This document shows positions 18,453-29,123 of a stretch of DNA of 64,000 nt, piece by piece. Below the pieces are notes generated by a model, which made no database searches, was not told where the DNA came from, and was given only the letters and a program-made list of their open reading frames with translations. The DNA is from Bacteroidota bacterium (GTDB lineage Bacteria; Bacteroidota; Rhodothermia; Rhodothermales; UBA10348). The DNA is taken from NCBI GenBank assembly GCA_029262835.1, contig JAJCYQ010000003.1, positions 13,507-77,506 on the forward strand. The letters are read 5' to 3'. Positions within the stretch are counted from its first letter, which is position 1. Every line of letters starts with the position of its first letter. Both the position numbers and the translations under genes were made by a program.

Positions 18453-20664
18453 ACGGCGGCAGGCCCACCCACTGCATGAGCAGGGCCAGTTGTTCGGCAT
18501 GCGTGCGGGCACGCTGCTCGGCTGTTGCGCCGGCCGAATGCCCGGCACCCCACGTGATCTGGAGCAGCACGGGATTGTCACAGGACTGGGCCGCCTGCAG
18601 GGCCGCTACATATTTGTAGGCATGCATCGGCGTTGAGGTCTCGTCTTCCGAACCGGCCTGGACGAGCATCGGGGGGTAGCACCGACCCGGCTCAATCCGG
18701 TGATAAGGTGAGTAGCCGACAAGTACGTCGAAGTCGTCCTTGATTTCCGGGTCTCCATATTCGGGGATGTACGATGTGCCGGCGCCGAACTCTTTCATTC
18801 GGACCATGTCCAGGAAAGGGTAGTCAATCATGACGGCGCCGATCAACTCTGGATGGCGGTTTGCGACGATGGCTGGAAGCATACCGCTTGCACTACCGCC
18901 GTTGACGACAAGTTGGCGGGGCGCCGTATACCCCTTTTGGACCAGGAATTCGGCCGCAGCCACGTAGTCGGCAATCCAGGTTTCCCGGTTTTGTCGGATA
19001 CCGGCCTCGTGCCACTCGGGACCGTATTCGCCTCCGCCCCGCACGTGGACGACTGCGTATATACCGCCGTTCTGAAGCCACGGAATCATATACTGTTGCC
19101 ACGGAAAGGCTGCCCAGGCCCAGGCGCCGTAGCCGTAGAGGAACGTCGGAGCCTCCGCACCAGGTTTCAGGTCTTTGTGTCGGACGATGGAAACCGGAAT
19201 CTGCGTACCATCGGCACTTGTGGCAAACAGAACTTCGGACGTGAAGTCGGAGGGATCCAGCAGGAGCTTCGGCTGGAAAAAGACGTCTGCTTCCGGATCG
19301 TCATCCTCCAGATTGACCGAGTAAATGGTACCTGGATTGGTCAGGCTCCCCATACCGAACCAGGCGATTTCAGAATCCGGGTTCTCGTTGAAGCCAAAGA
19401 TATTCGTTGCCTGAACGTCTACGTCCGTCACGAACGTTCCATTCTTATGGAAAATGCGGATGAACGACGTCGTTTCGCGGACATATTGGACAAGGAGGTG
19501 ATTTTCGTATTCGGCGACGCCCTGGATGGGCCATTCTGCCTCTTCCACCACGGTCTGGACGGCGGTCGGCCTCCTGTTTCCAATGCCCGATTCGGGGTCC
19601 ACGGCGACAATGCGCATGTTCTCGGCCTGGTCTGTTGTCCGGATAAGAAGGAGGTCGCCGTACGTGCCTTCATAGGCCAACTGGGCCGCGTTTGAGGCGA
19701 AAAGCTCGCGAACGGCCGGCCGGGCGCCTGGCCGGGTGGCTGTCCGGTCACGCTCAAATTCCTGGAGTGACATGATGTAGAGCCGCTCGTTAACGCCGGA
19801 AAACGTTCCACCGCTCGCCGAGCCCTCGAGCACGAGGTACCGTCCGTCGGAGGTTGTCTGCAGGGCGATGGTCAGCTCATTCCCGTCTGGTTGTTCCCAG
19901 ATGAAAGGGTCCGCCTCCTGGTCGGTGCCTATCCTGTGGAAATGAATGCGTGGCTTACTGAGAGGAGCCTGTGGATTATCAGGGATATCATGTCGCGGGT
20001 AGAAGAATCCCGATTCGTCGGGCAACCAGGCCAGCGGGGCACCGGCCACGACGCCGGACAGGGTTTCTGCGGCCCATTCTCTATTTTCTGTTCGCAGAAG
20101 ACGCAGGTTTCTCCATCGGGTAGGCCCGTCCGACGACAGTACGGGCACCCACGTGCCTTGGGGGCTGATTCTTCCCGTGCCTACGTACTCATTTTGCATC
20201 CGGGCCGCATTGGCGTCGACGAGCAGCCGGCCGGGCGGCTTGCCATCACGGCTCGCTACATGCAGATTCACGACCGATTGACCGGGATCTGCGAAGAACG
20301 TGAACAGCCACGGACCCCTCAAAAGGGGAGGCCTCATGGTCTCGCGCTCGCGCCAGGCCGTGATTTGCTCGACGAGACCGTCTATTTGACCTTCCTGAGG
20401 CAGAATGGTTTTCAGGAGCGAGTCCTGGCTGGCGAGCCATGTCATCAACTCCTCGGAGTCGAGATCCTCCATCCAGCGATAGGGGTCGGCAACCTGCGTT
20501 TCGTGGAAAACGTCGATCTGATCCACGATCCGCGCGTGCGGATACGCGTCTGGATCGATGCGCGTGCCCGCATCCTGGCCCTGGCACGCAGCTACGCAGG
20601 AGAGAACAAGTACAGGAACGATACAGCGGAGCGGGAAACGGAGCAGGCACGCAAGTCGGGTCAT
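18442..20664 (-). CDS. prolyl oligopeptidase family (S9A) serine peptidase, lipoprotein
   Basis: VADPYRWME, YGYGA, VRGGGEYG.EWH, GGSASG nucleophile, EYGDP, AGH; lipobox VAAC. Confidence 0.9.
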   Translation of the reverse strand: MTRLACLLRFPLRCIVPVLVLSCVAACQGQDAGTRIDPDAYPHARIVDQIDVFHETQVADPYRWMEDLDSEELMTWLASQDSLLKTILPQEGQIDGLVEQITAWRERETMRPPLLRGPWLFTFFADPGQSVVNLHVASRDGKPPGRLLVDANAARMQNEYVGTGRISPQGTWVPVLSSDGPTRWRNLRLLRTENREWAAETLSGVVAGAPLAWLPDESGFFYPRHDIPDNPQAPLSKPRIHFHRIGTDQEADPFIWEQPDGNELTIALQTTSDGRYLVLEGSASGGTFSGVNERLYIMSLQEFERDRTATRPGARPAVRELFASNAAQLAYEGTYGDLLLIRTTDQAENMRIVAVDPESGIGNRRPTAVQTVVEEAEWPIQGVAEYENHLLVQYVRETTSFIRIFHKNGTFVTDVDVQATNIFGFNENPDSEIAWFGMGSLTNPGTIYSVNLEDDDPEADVFFQPKLLLDPSDFTSEVLFATSADGTQIPVSIVRHKDLKPGAEAPTFLYGYGAWAWAAFPWQQYMIPWLQNGGIYAVVHVRGGGEYGPEWHEAGIRQNRETWIADYVAAAEFLVQKGYTAPRQLVVNGGSASGMLPAIVANRHPELIGAVMIDYPFLDMVRMKEFGAGTSYIPEYGDPEIKDDFDVLVGYSPYHRIEPGRCYPPMLVQAGSEDETSTPMHAYKYVAALQAAQSCDNPVLLQITWGAGHSAGATAEQRARTHAEQLALLMQWVGLPPSTN

Positions 20665-20778
20665 GGGACGAAACCAGTTTGATGGATAGCGGCCCACAAG
20701 ATCGAATGTCGGTGCGGCAGGGTCCTCTGGTTTTCCTGATGTTTGGCTGAGGATTGGAGAGCCGCCTGAAAGGCACTT

Positions 20779-22818
20779 CTATCGTACAGGCTCGGCGAGC
20801 ACTATATCCGATTCCTGTACATCCATTCGGGTCAATAGCATCCATCTTTTCTGCGGATGCACAGCAAGACCCGGATCATGCGCAGGGAGGAGAAATGCCA
20901 GCGTAGCGAGCGTATCGATGCGGCCACCAACCACAGACAGAACGGCGCGTGCCGCCCGGTCGAATAGAATGATTTCACCATCTGGGAGGACGTTGAACGA
21001 TCCCCAGTCGCGTGGATCAAGGGAGGCGTGTTCAAGAACTTCGCTTCCATCGATGTGGCCCCGCCACAGTCCCGGGCTTCCGACTTTTCCGTACAGGTAC
21101 CCATTTCCGAGCGGATCCTGCTGAATTCCCATGACGCCTCTGAACGGGAGCGCTCCGGGCGTAGCCCGTCTCTCTTCCAGACGGCCCACTTCCCAGGAGC
21201 CGTTCTGATTGGTCGAGTAGAGAACGCGTCCCTCGGCGTCGAACGACGGGGCGAGTTCGTCGAACGGGGTCTCCGTCAGGCGTTTTCTGACGCCTGTTGT
21301 CACATTGACTTCGAACAGGTCGGCATTACCGTCCACTCGGCTCACGTACACGATCGCTTCGCCATCGGGCGTCCAGGCTGGGCGGCTCGTATAGCCGGCA
21401 CCGTGCCTTGTCAGCTGGCGAACACCTTCCCCGTCCGTGCCAGCCAGCCAGATTTCGTACGTTCCTGAGCGGGATGACGTGAAGGCCACATGCGTTCCGG
21501 CTGGCGAGACGGCGGGGTGCGCATCCCACGCCGTGGATGGCGACCAGGGAGATGCTTCCACGGTCCCGGACGAATCGGCCCGCCAGATATTCACATCTGT
21601 CCGCACCCGCTCGTAGACGATCTCAGAACGGCCGGGGACAGTGAATGGAAACGCCGTACGCGTATCGGGCACGGGTAGCCGACTCATGCGGCCCGAGGCC
21701 ACATCGAGTGCCCACAGGTCGTCTGTACCTGCCCGATTCGATGCGACGGCAAGCGTTTTTCCATTGTCGAGCCACGAAACACCATGAATGTTCCTGGCAT
21801 CGTGGGTGAGTCGGCGTTCCTTTTGCGTTGCTGTTTCCAATACGTAGACATCCTGCATGCCTTCACTGGCACTTCTGACGAAGGCCAATCGGGCTCCGTC
21901 AGGCGACTCGCGAGCATCGTGATCGCCCCATGATCTGTCGGGGGGATGCGTCAGTTGCCGGTGGGCCGAATCGGCAGCAGACAAAGCATAAATGGCAAAC
22001 GGCGACGACGGGCTGCTTCTCCAGTTCATGAGCATGGTCTCTCCGTCCACGCCGAGCGAGATGTCTGGATAGACCGTACCCGTACAGTCGGCCTGCGCTT
22101 CGGCAAAGCCTCCAAGCGACGGAATGCGCATGACCGAACAGCCGCCGCTGCGGAAGCGGACAAAATAGATGTGCGTACCGTCTGGGGACCACCATGGCCG
22201 CGTATCCCAGGCCGGTCCACCGGTGAGTATGTGTACGGCCTCATCCTGGACGAGACGAACATAGATGTGCGATACCAGGCTGGAGTCCGGCCGGTGTGCC
22301 CACGCCACGCGGTGGCCGTCCGGGGACAGAACCGGCCAGTTTTCCAGACCCGGTTCGGATGTAAGAGGCCGGGTTGTGTAGGCGTCCGGGATGGCGGTGC
22401 TCTCTGCAGACCAGGTGCCGAGCCACCATGACAGGGCAACAAGGGCGATAACGGGGACGATCCATGCCATGCGCGGCGTCTTCTTCGCATGGACACGAGG
22501 CGCGCCAACGGGTGCCACGAGTCGATAGCCACGTTTTGGAATCGTCTGTATGTAGACGGGATTGCGGTGCGAGTCGCCTAGTGCCTTTCGCAGCTCCGAA
22601 ATGGACCGGTTAATGACATCCTCTGAAACGATGGTCCCCGCCCAGATTTCACTGTGTAGTTCGTCGCGGCTGACGACTTCGCCCGCCCGTTGGGCAAGCA
22701 GGACCAGCACATCCATGATGCGCGGCTCAAGGCGTACGGTGCCCTGCGGCCCATCGATCCGATTGAGAGCCGGTCGAATCCGGTGTGGACCGATCAGAAT
22801 GTCGTCCTGGGATGGCAT
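20779..22818 (-). CDS. CadC/ToxR-like membrane-anchored regulator: OmpR-type wHTH + TM + PD40/TolB-like beta-propeller
   Basis: LEPRIMDVL...VVSRDEL...ISELRKALGD...IQTIPKRGYRL; TM segment; repeated P.(W/L)SPDG motifs. Confidence 0.88.
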   Translation of the reverse strand: MPSQDDILIGPHRIRPALNRIDGPQGTVRLEPRIMDVLVLLAQRAGEVVSRDELHSEIWAGTIVSEDVINRSISELRKALGDSHRNPVYIQTIPKRGYRLVAPVGAPRVHAKKTPRMAWIVPVIALVALSWWLGTWSAESTAIPDAYTTRPLTSEPGLENWPVLSPDGHRVAWAHRPDSSLVSHIYVRLVQDEAVHILTGGPAWDTRPWWSPDGTHIYFVRFRSGGCSVMRIPSLGGFAEAQADCTGTVYPDISLGVDGETMLMNWRSSPSSPFAIYALSAADSAHRQLTHPPDRSWGDHDARESPDGARLAFVRSASEGMQDVYVLETATQKERRLTHDARNIHGVSWLDNGKTLAVASNRAGTDDLWALDVASGRMSRLPVPDTRTAFPFTVPGRSEIVYERVRTDVNIWRADSSGTVEASPWSPSTAWDAHPAVSPAGTHVAFTSSRSGTYEIWLAGTDGEGVRQLTRHGAGYTSRPAWTPDGEAIVYVSRVDGNADLFEVNVTTGVRKRLTETPFDELAPSFDAEGRVLYSTNQNGSWEVGRLEERRATPGALPFRGVMGIQQDPLGNGYLYGKVGSPGLWRGHIDGSEVLEHASLDPRDWGSFNVLPDGEIILFDRAARAVLSVVGGRIDTLATLAFLLPAHDPGLAVHPQKRWMLLTRMDVQESDIVLAEPVR

Positions 22819-22924
22819 TTATCCAACGATGTTTTCAGTACCTGTGCCGGGATACCATGCTTTCTGTTCTCCGTTCCAGACTGGGTGGCCCGGGGCGCCG
22901 AGCTGCGGGCATCACGTTTTCAGA

Positions 22925-23950
22925 TCAGCGGCGGCGGTCCTTTTTTTCCGCTTGAATGCGCTTGTACAACTTGCCGGTTTCTTTGTCTCTGCGTCGGCGT
23001 TCGGCGACGCTGCGGTCGTAGTGTTCGGACTCGCGCTTCAGTTTCATATAGCGCTCGTAGCGGGCTTCGTCCAATTCCCCTGACGATATCGCCTCCAGTA
23101 GTGCGCAGCCGTCTTCGACCGTGTGGGAGCAGTCCCTGAACCGGCACGTCGCGGCGAGCCTGCTGATATCATCGAAGGTTTCTGAGAGGCCGGTCTCTGT
23201 GCCCAGGAGACCGAATTCGCGCATGCCCGGCGTATCTATCAGCCATGCACCAGAGGGCAGCGGCACGAGATGGCGACTTGTCGTCGTGTGGCGCCCGCGA
23301 TGGTCGTCTTTACGGACGGAGCCCGTAGCGAAGGTGTCGCGGCCGAGCAGGCGGTTCGTGAGTGTGGTCTTTCCGACGCCCGACGAACCGAGCAGGCAGT
23401 ACGTGTGGCCTGGCTCGAGCCGGCGCGCGAGGGCCTCCATGCCGACTCCGGACTCGGCCGAGACGAGATGTATGGGCGCGGCCTCACCCGTCGCGCGAAT
23501 GGCCGCCACAAGGGCACTCGACGCCAGCGATGTGGACCGGTCCGGGCCGATATCGTCTACCAGGTCGGCCTTGTTGAGGACAATTACGGGTTCGACGCCA
23601 CCTTCCCTGACGGCCACCAGATACCGTTCAAGCCGGGCCACATTGAAATCCCGGTCGCAGGACTGCACAATGAGGGCCGTATCGACGTTGGCAGCCATGG
23701 TCTGAATAGCGGCATCGCCACCGGCAGCGCGGCGGAAAAGTCTCGTGCGCCGCGGCTCGATGTCATGGACGATGGCCAGCGTGTCGTCATCGAAAAGCTC
23801 GGCCTCTACCCAGTCGCCGACGACCGGCAGCGCCTCGTCCGACTCGGCCATGAACCGGAAACGGCCCGTGAGTTCGGCACGGACTTCGGCCTCCCCGACC
23901 AGGACGGTCAGGTGGGTACGGTGAACGGTGGACACGCGGAATAGACTCAT
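22925..23950 (-). CDS. rsgA: ribosome small subunit-dependent GTPase A
   Basis: VVGDWV, AANVD, NKADL, GSSGVGKT, GRHTTT, DTPGMRE, CRFRDCSH..E.GC. ATG 23950 overlaps the ATPase stop. Confidence 0.92.
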   Translation of the reverse strand: MSLFRVSTVHRTHLTVLVGEAEVRAELTGRFRFMAESDEALPVVGDWVEAELFDDDTLAIVHDIEPRRTRLFRRAAGGDAAIQTMAANVDTALIVQSCDRDFNVARLERYLVAVREGGVEPVIVLNKADLVDDIGPDRSTSLASSALVAAIRATGEAAPIHLVSAESGVGMEALARRLEPGHTYCLLGSSGVGKTTLTNRLLGRDTFATGSVRKDDHRGRHTTTSRHLVPLPSGAWLIDTPGMREFGLLGTETGLSETFDDISRLAATCRFRDCSHTVEDGCALLEAISSGELDEARYERYMKLKRESEHYDRSVAERRRRDKETGKLYKRIQAEKKDRRR

Positions 23951-25122
23951 GAAAGTGCGCTCATGCACATGGACAGTGGCATTACAGTGGTACCGTCGGG
24001 GCCGGGCCACGACTCCAATCCGGGATAAAGAATGATTTTTCGGTCTGGTTGCACATCTTCGCAGGCGGCGTGGAACCCACGGCCGACTTTCGGGCTCAGG
24101 CTTCGTTTGATTTCAATGGCCCAGAGAGACGAGTTGGCCAACTCGAGGACCAGATCCAGTTCGGCTCCACCCGAGGCGCGGTAGTAATAGGCGCGGCCGG
24201 AAGATGGCGCGGCTGAAAGCAGGTTTTCGATGACGAAACCTTCCCACGACGCGCCGAGAACGGGATGCGACAGCAGATCATCGAGCGTTGGAATGTTCAA
24301 CAGCGCGTGAAGAACGCCTGCGTCCCGTACGAATATGCGGGGCGAACGTGTCAGCCGCTTGGTAGAATTGCGGGACCAGGCGGGCAGGCGCCGGACCAGG
24401 AGGAGGTCAGATAGCAGGTCGATATAACGAGCGACGGTTTTGGCGTCGATACCCAGGCTGCGACCGAAAGCGGATGCATTCAACATGGTGCCCTGTGCAT
24501 GCGCAAGCATGGTCCAGAGCCGCCGGATGGTCTCTGTGGGAATGCGCGGGCCGAACTGCGGGATGTCCCTTTCCAGGTAGGTCCGGATGAACTGGTTCCG
24601 CCACTCGAGGCTGGCACCATCGCTGGGCGCGAGCAGGCTCTTCGGAAAACCGCCGCGATTCCAAAGGGTCGATTGGTCCGCGGACTGAGCTGTCTCCATG
24701 GCATCGAGGGGAACCAGGTCCACGTATGCAATGCGTCCTGCCAGCGATTCACCCGACTGCCGGAGCAGATCAATGGACGCCGACCCGAGAATGAGGAATC
24801 GGCCAGTGCCCTTTCCCTTACGCCTGCCTGCATCGATCAGTCCGCGGAGGACCTGGAATATTTCCGGTGTCCGGTGAACCTCATCGAGTATGACGAGCCG
24901 GTCCTCGTGCAAAGCCAGGTATAATTCCGGCTCTGCCAGACGGGCCCGGTCGGCCGGAGACTCCAGATCCAGGTAGACGGCGTCCTCGTTTTCAACAAAA
25001 TGCCAGGCCAGGGTCGTTTTGCCCACCTGTCGCGGCCCGATGAGGGCCACAGCCGGAAATTGCGACAACAGCGCCCGTACGGTTTCGAGTGCCCTCCGGG
25101 GCACCAGGGCAGTATCAGACAT
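23947..25122 (-). CDS. AAA_14 ATPase with DUF4143 / PD-(D/E)xK C-terminus
   Basis: GPRQVGKT Walker A, LDEVH, GSAS..L..SGESLAGR, RGGFP, ELDLV..AIEIK. Confidence 0.9.
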   Translation of the reverse strand: MSDTALVPRRALETVRALLSQFPAVALIGPRQVGKTTLAWHFVENEDAVYLDLESPADRARLAEPELYLALHEDRLVILDEVHRTPEIFQVLRGLIDAGRRKGKGTGRFLILGSASIDLLRQSGESLAGRIAYVDLVPLDAMETAQSADQSTLWNRGGFPKSLLAPSDGASLEWRNQFIRTYLERDIPQFGPRIPTETIRRLWTMLAHAQGTMLNASAFGRSLGIDAKTVARYIDLLSDLLLVRRLPAWSRNSTKRLTRSPRIFVRDAGVLHALLNIPTLDDLLSHPVLGASWEGFVIENLLSAAPSSGRAYYYRASGGAELDLVLELANSSLWAIEIKRSLSPKVGRGFHAACEDVQPDRKIILYPGLESWPGPDGTTVMPLSMCMSALS

Positions 25123-25143
25123 GGCTTCCGTGCATATTTATCA

Positions 25144-25176
25144 TTGCAATTTCGGAATCTGCTGCCAGATTTGCAA
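25144..25176. promoter_or_regulatory. imperfect inverted repeat upstream of the AAA_14 gene
   Basis: TTGCAATTTCGG-N9-CCAGATTTGCAA, 21 nt upstream of the start codon. Confidence 0.5.
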
Positions 25177-25225
25177 GGATAAACTGAGCCAGAGTGACTC
25201 GATCGGCCTTCGAGGGCCGAACGGC

Positions 25226-27049
25226 TTACCCCGCCGCCACGCGCTTGAGGTCAAACTTTTTGCGGTCGTGCGGGCTCAGATAGCGCTTGCGAAGGCGGAT
25301 GGATGACGGCGTAACCTCAATCAACTCGTCCTCGCGGATGAATTCAATGGCCTCTTCGAGCGACATCCGGCGCGGCGGAATGATTTTCTCGAAGTTGTCG
25401 CTGCCTGAAGCGCGCATGTTCGTGAGCTTTTTCTCCTTGGTGATATTCACTTCGAGGTCGGCGTCGCGGCTGTTTTCGCCGACCAGCATGCCCTCGTACA
25501 CGGCATCGGTCGGGCCGACGAAGAGCTCGCCGCGCTCCTGGAGGCTCATGATGGCGTATCCGGTAGATTTTCCGTGCCGGTCGGCAATCAGCGCGCCCGT
25601 CGCACGGTGCGCGATGTCACCGGCCCACGGCTTGTAGGCGTCGAAGATGTGGGTCAGGATGCCCGTACCCTTCGTATCGGTCATGAACTCCGTGCGGTAG
25701 CCAATGAGGCCGCGCGAGGGAATTTCGAACTCGAGCCGGACGCGGCCCGATCCGTGGTTGATCATCTTGGCCATGACGCCCTTGCGCGTGCCGAGCTTCT
25801 GCACGACAGCACCCATGTAGTCTTCGGCGACGTCAATGAGCGCCAGTTCGTAGGGCTCGTGCGTCTTGCCGTGGACTTCCTTGGTGATGACGCGCGGCAT
25901 GCCGACCGAGAACTCGAAGCCTTCGCGGCGCATTTGTTCGATAAGGATGGCCATCTGCAGCTCGCCGCGCCCATAGACAAGGTAGCTGTCCGCGGAATCG
26001 GTTTCTTCGACGCGCATGGCGAGGTTGGTTTCCACTTCGCGGAAGAGCCTATCGCGCAGGTTGCGGCTCGTCACGTACTTGCCCTCGCGCCCGGAGAACG
26101 GCGAATCGTTCACGCGGAACTCCATGCTCATCGTCGGCTCATCGACGTGCAGCGGCGTAAGTGGCTCCGGGTTTTCGCCGTCAGCAATGCTTTCGCCAAG
26201 TCCGATACCGGCCATGCCGGCGACGGCGACGATGTCGCCAGGTCCGACGGCTTCGGTTTCAACGCGGCTCAGCCCGTCATATTCAAAAAGCGCGGTGACC
26301 TGGGCGGGCGTGGTCGTGCCGTCGCGGCGGCAGAGCACGACGTTCTGCCGGTTCTTGAGCGTACCGCGCACGACGCGGCCAATGGCAAGCGGACCGCGAT
26401 ACTTGTCCGGGACGACATTCGTGACGAGCATCTGCAGGCTGCCCGCTTCATCGTGGTCCGGCGCCGGAATGGTGCTGATGATGGTGTCAAAGAGAGGCCG
26501 GAGATCCGACAGCTCGTCCTCCATGTTCAGCTTGCACTGGCCGTCGCGCGCGACCGCGTAGACGACCGGAAACTCGATCTGCTCTTCGCTCGCGTCAAGG
26601 TCAATGAACAGCCCGTAGACTTCGTCGAGCACCTCTTCCGGACGCGCATCGGAGCGGTCAATCTTGTTGATGACGATGATGGCGGGCAGGCCCAGTTCGA
26701 GGGCTTTCGAGAGCACGAACCGGGTCTGGGGCAGCGGACCCTCGGCGGCATCCACCAGAAGCATGATGCCGTCGACCATGCGCAGCGTGCGCTCGACCTC
26801 ACCGCCGAAGTCGGCGTGACCTGGCGTATCGACAATATTGATCTTGATATCCCCGAACTTCACGGCCGTGTTTTTGGCCATGATGGTGATGCCTTTTTCG
26901 CGTTCGAGATCCATGCTGTCCATGACGCGTTCGGCCACGTCCTGGTTGTCGCGGAACGTGCCGCTCTGCCACAGCAGGGAATCGACGAGGGTGGTCTTGC
27001 CGTGGTCAACGTGTGCCACAATGGCAATATTTCGGAGTTCGCGGGACAT
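25226..27049 (-). CDS. typA: translational GTPase TypA/BipA
   Basis: [58 protein letters not shown]. Confidence 0.97.
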   Translation of the reverse strand: MSRELRNIAIVAHVDHGKTTLVDSLLWQSGTFRDNQDVAERVMDSMDLEREKGITIMAKNTAVKFGDIKINIVDTPGHADFGGEVERTLRMVDGIMLLVDAAEGPLPQTRFVLSKALELGLPAIIVINKIDRSDARPEEVLDEVYGLFIDLDASEEQIEFPVVYAVARDGQCKLNMEDELSDLRPLFDTIISTIPAPDHDEAGSLQMLVTNVVPDKYRGPLAIGRVVRGTLKNRQNVVLCRRDGTTTPAQVTALFEYDGLSRVETEAVGPGDIVAVAGMAGIGLGESIADGENPEPLTPLHVDEPTMSMEFRVNDSPFSGREGKYVTSRNLRDRLFREVETNLAMRVEETDSADSYLVYGRGELQMAILIEQMRREGFEFSVGMPRVITKEVHGKTHEPYELALIDVAEDYMGAVVQKLGTRKGVMAKMINHGSGRVRLEFEIPSRGLIGYRTEFMTDTKGTGILTHIFDAYKPWAGDIAHRATGALIADRHGKSTGYAIMSLQERGELFVGPTDAVYEGMLVGENSRDADLEVNITKEKKLTNMRASGSDNFEKIIPPRRMSLEEAIEFIREDELIEVTPSSIRLRKRYLSPHDRKKFDLKRVAAG

Positions 27050-27146
27050 GATGTTCAAGATGGGTCGGTTTTTTCGGTAGCCTGTTTGTACGCCCGCTCG
27101 GCCACCGGGTCGCACTCCGGCCAAGAAGTTCACGCCAATTCAGGCG

Positions 27147-27869
27147 TCATGCCCCGGCCAGCGCTTTGAGCGCCTCCTCGCGCCAGGCCCGACCAATCGG
27201 AAGGCGCTTTCCGGCTGTGAGCACCATTTCCGCTGAATGGGCTTCGACGGCTGAAATCCTGATCAGAAACGACTTGTGGATGCGAAGGAATCCGTGGGGA
27301 GCGAGCGTCTGCTCGACTTCTGTGAGGGTCATTTTGGTCACAAGCATATCATCCGACGTATGGATGCGCACGTAGTCGCGCAGTCCTTCGACGTGTGTGA
27401 TGTCGGGGATTCTGATGTGCACGTTCTGCCGGTCAACCCGCGCCGTGAGCCTGGGAGCGGCAGGTGCGGGGCTCGCCATGCCGGTTGTGTCCGTCGCTCC
27501 AGGTGTACCCGCCAGTGATGCACGATACCGGTCCACGGCCTGTACCAGACGAGCCAGGGAAACAGGCTTGAGCAGGTAGTCGAGTGCCTGCAGTTCAAAG
27601 CCCTCAACGGCGTACTCCCGGTGGGCGGTCGTGAATATGATGGCGGGGCGCGGCGTGAGTAGTTCGGCGAGCTCGAGTCCACTGAGCTGCGGCATGGCGA
27701 TATCGAGAAATAACAGGTCTATCGGGTTGGTAGCGAGTGCGGATCGAGCCTCCAGGGCGCTGGCGCAATGGGCGACAAGCGTGCAGTCCTCTATTTTCTT
27801 CAACAGGTGTGCGAGGGCCGTGCGCGCCAGCGGCTCATCATCGACAATCATGCACTGGATACGCGTCAT
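27147..27869 (-). CDS. LytTR family response regulator
   Basis: IVDDEPLA, FLDIAMP, FTTAH, DYLLKP; C-terminal FLRIHKSF. Confidence 0.93.
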   Translation of the reverse strand: MTRIQCMIVDDEPLARTALAHLLKKIEDCTLVAHCASALEARSALATNPIDLLFLDIAMPQLSGLELAELLTPRPAIIFTTAHREYAVEGFELQALDYLLKPVSLARLVQAVDRYRASLAGTPGATDTTGMASPAPAAPRLTARVDRQNVHIRIPDITHVEGLRDYVRIHTSDDMLVTKMTLTEVEQTLAPHGFLRIHKSFLIRISAVEAHSAEMVLTAGKRLPIGRAWREEALKALAGA

Positions 27870-28966
27870 GACAGCGGTACCTCCAGGTCGACCAGGAAGA
27901 GCCCGTCCTGTTGGTTAATGTCCAGTATGTAGTCTGCCTGGTCGTCGGGGCTGTTCTTTGAATAGAGATGTTCGAGACGCTCTGTCAGGTTTCTGAGTCC
28001 GATCCCCGATTGGCGTGTTCTGCCCGGGTGGATGCCGTCGTCCGGGTCCATGGGCGGGGAGGCCAGCGTATTTTGCACGCGCACGCAGAGCCGTTTTCCG
28101 TCTACACGGATGCGGATATCGATACCGCCAGCGTTTACATGTGGCCAGATGCCGTGTTTGAATGCATTTTCCACGAGTGGCAGGATCAGCAGCGGGGCCA
28201 CCTTGGCCTCTGGTACGGGGTCTGGAAGCTGGTACACGATGGAGCACCCCTCGCCATGGCGCACCGACTCGAGTTCGATGTAAGCGGTCAGCATGTCGAG
28301 CTCCTGTGCCAGCTGAACACTGTCTGCACTGGCACGGTACAACACGTAGTCGAGTAGAGTCGACAACTTGAGGATCAGTTCCGGGGTCTCGGTGCTTCGT
28401 TCCAGCGCCAGGGCGTACAGACTATTGAGCGCGTTGAACAGGAAATGGGGCTGGATCTGCGATTTCAGAAGGGTCAGTTCCGCCTCCTTGAGCTTCAACT
28501 GCGCCGAGTTCAGTTTCAGCTCGGTTTCGAGCCGGACGCGCTCCAGGGCGGCATGTTGTTGTTTGAGCGCGTAGGAGCGCCGCGCCAGATGGGCTGCAAC
28601 GGCCACGACGACGAACAGGTACATGGTCAGCAGGCCCTCCACGATGCCCGGGAAATCGGGACGCACCACCATGGCTTGATAGTCCGATACGGTCATGTAG
28701 AGCCCAAATATGAGCATGAGTTCGAGATGGATCGATACGATGAGCGCATAGATGAGGTATAGGCTGAAGCGGAAGTATCGCGCGCGCAGCAGATATCGGG
28801 GAATCAGTCCATGCAGAATGGCGTACGTGGTGAGCACTGTCACGGGCAGAAGCCCGGCCGCGTAGGCCAGGTTCTGCACGAAATCGCCCGGTTTTTGACC
28901 GAAATACGCGGCAAAAAAAATGGTTACCGCCAGCCAGTAGGCACTATGCAGGAATCCTCGTTTCAT
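27866..28966 (-). CDS. LytS/YehU-family sensor histidine kinase
   Basis: 4 TM helices; LKSQIQPHFLFNALN, PLVENAFKHG, SGIGLRN. Confidence 0.92.
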   Translation of the reverse strand: MKRGFLHSAYWLAVTIFFAAYFGQKPGDFVQNLAYAAGLLPVTVLTTYAILHGLIPRYLLRARYFRFSLYLIYALIVSIHLELMLIFGLYMTVSDYQAMVVRPDFPGIVEGLLTMYLFVVVAVAAHLARRSYALKQQHAALERVRLETELKLNSAQLKLKEAELTLLKSQIQPHFLFNALNSLYALALERSTETPELILKLSTLLDYVLYRASADSVQLAQELDMLTAYIELESVRHGEGCSIVYQLPDPVPEAKVAPLLILPLVENAFKHGIWPHVNAGGIDIRIRVDGKRLCVRVQNTLASPPMDPDDGIHPGRTRQSGIGLRNLTERLEHLYSKNSPDDQADYILDINQQDGLFLVDLEVPLS

Positions 28967-29005
28967 GTGGACAGGGTACGGTGCGCGGCGGACTGGATCC
29001 ATGTT

Positions 29006-29036
29006 GTTGGTCGACAGCATGGCGTCGATGGTCGAA
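29006..29036 (+). promoter_or_regulatory. candidate LytTR direct-repeat site
   Basis: TGGTCGA at 29008 and 29029 (21-bp spacing) between the divergent kinase and the membrane-protein gene. Confidence 0.45.
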
Positions 29037-29123
29037 TTTCCATTGGGGCGCGCACCATGTGCACATACATTCCGGCTGTTCACGATTGCCTGTGCGCAGG
29101 CTTCAATCAAACAGGAGGAAATT

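Noticed and set aside
16931-23940. rsgA repeat pair as a diversity-generating retroelement TR/VR
   Set aside because: Mismatches are mostly synonymous and not adenine-specific; no reverse transcriptase in the window
25574-27169. Long antisense ORFs (e.g. 260..1495, 17358..18581, 25574..27169, 31796..33343, 35732..36868, 45463..46686)
   Set aside because: Shadows of well-supported genes on the opposite strand in high-GC DNA; no recognisable motifs
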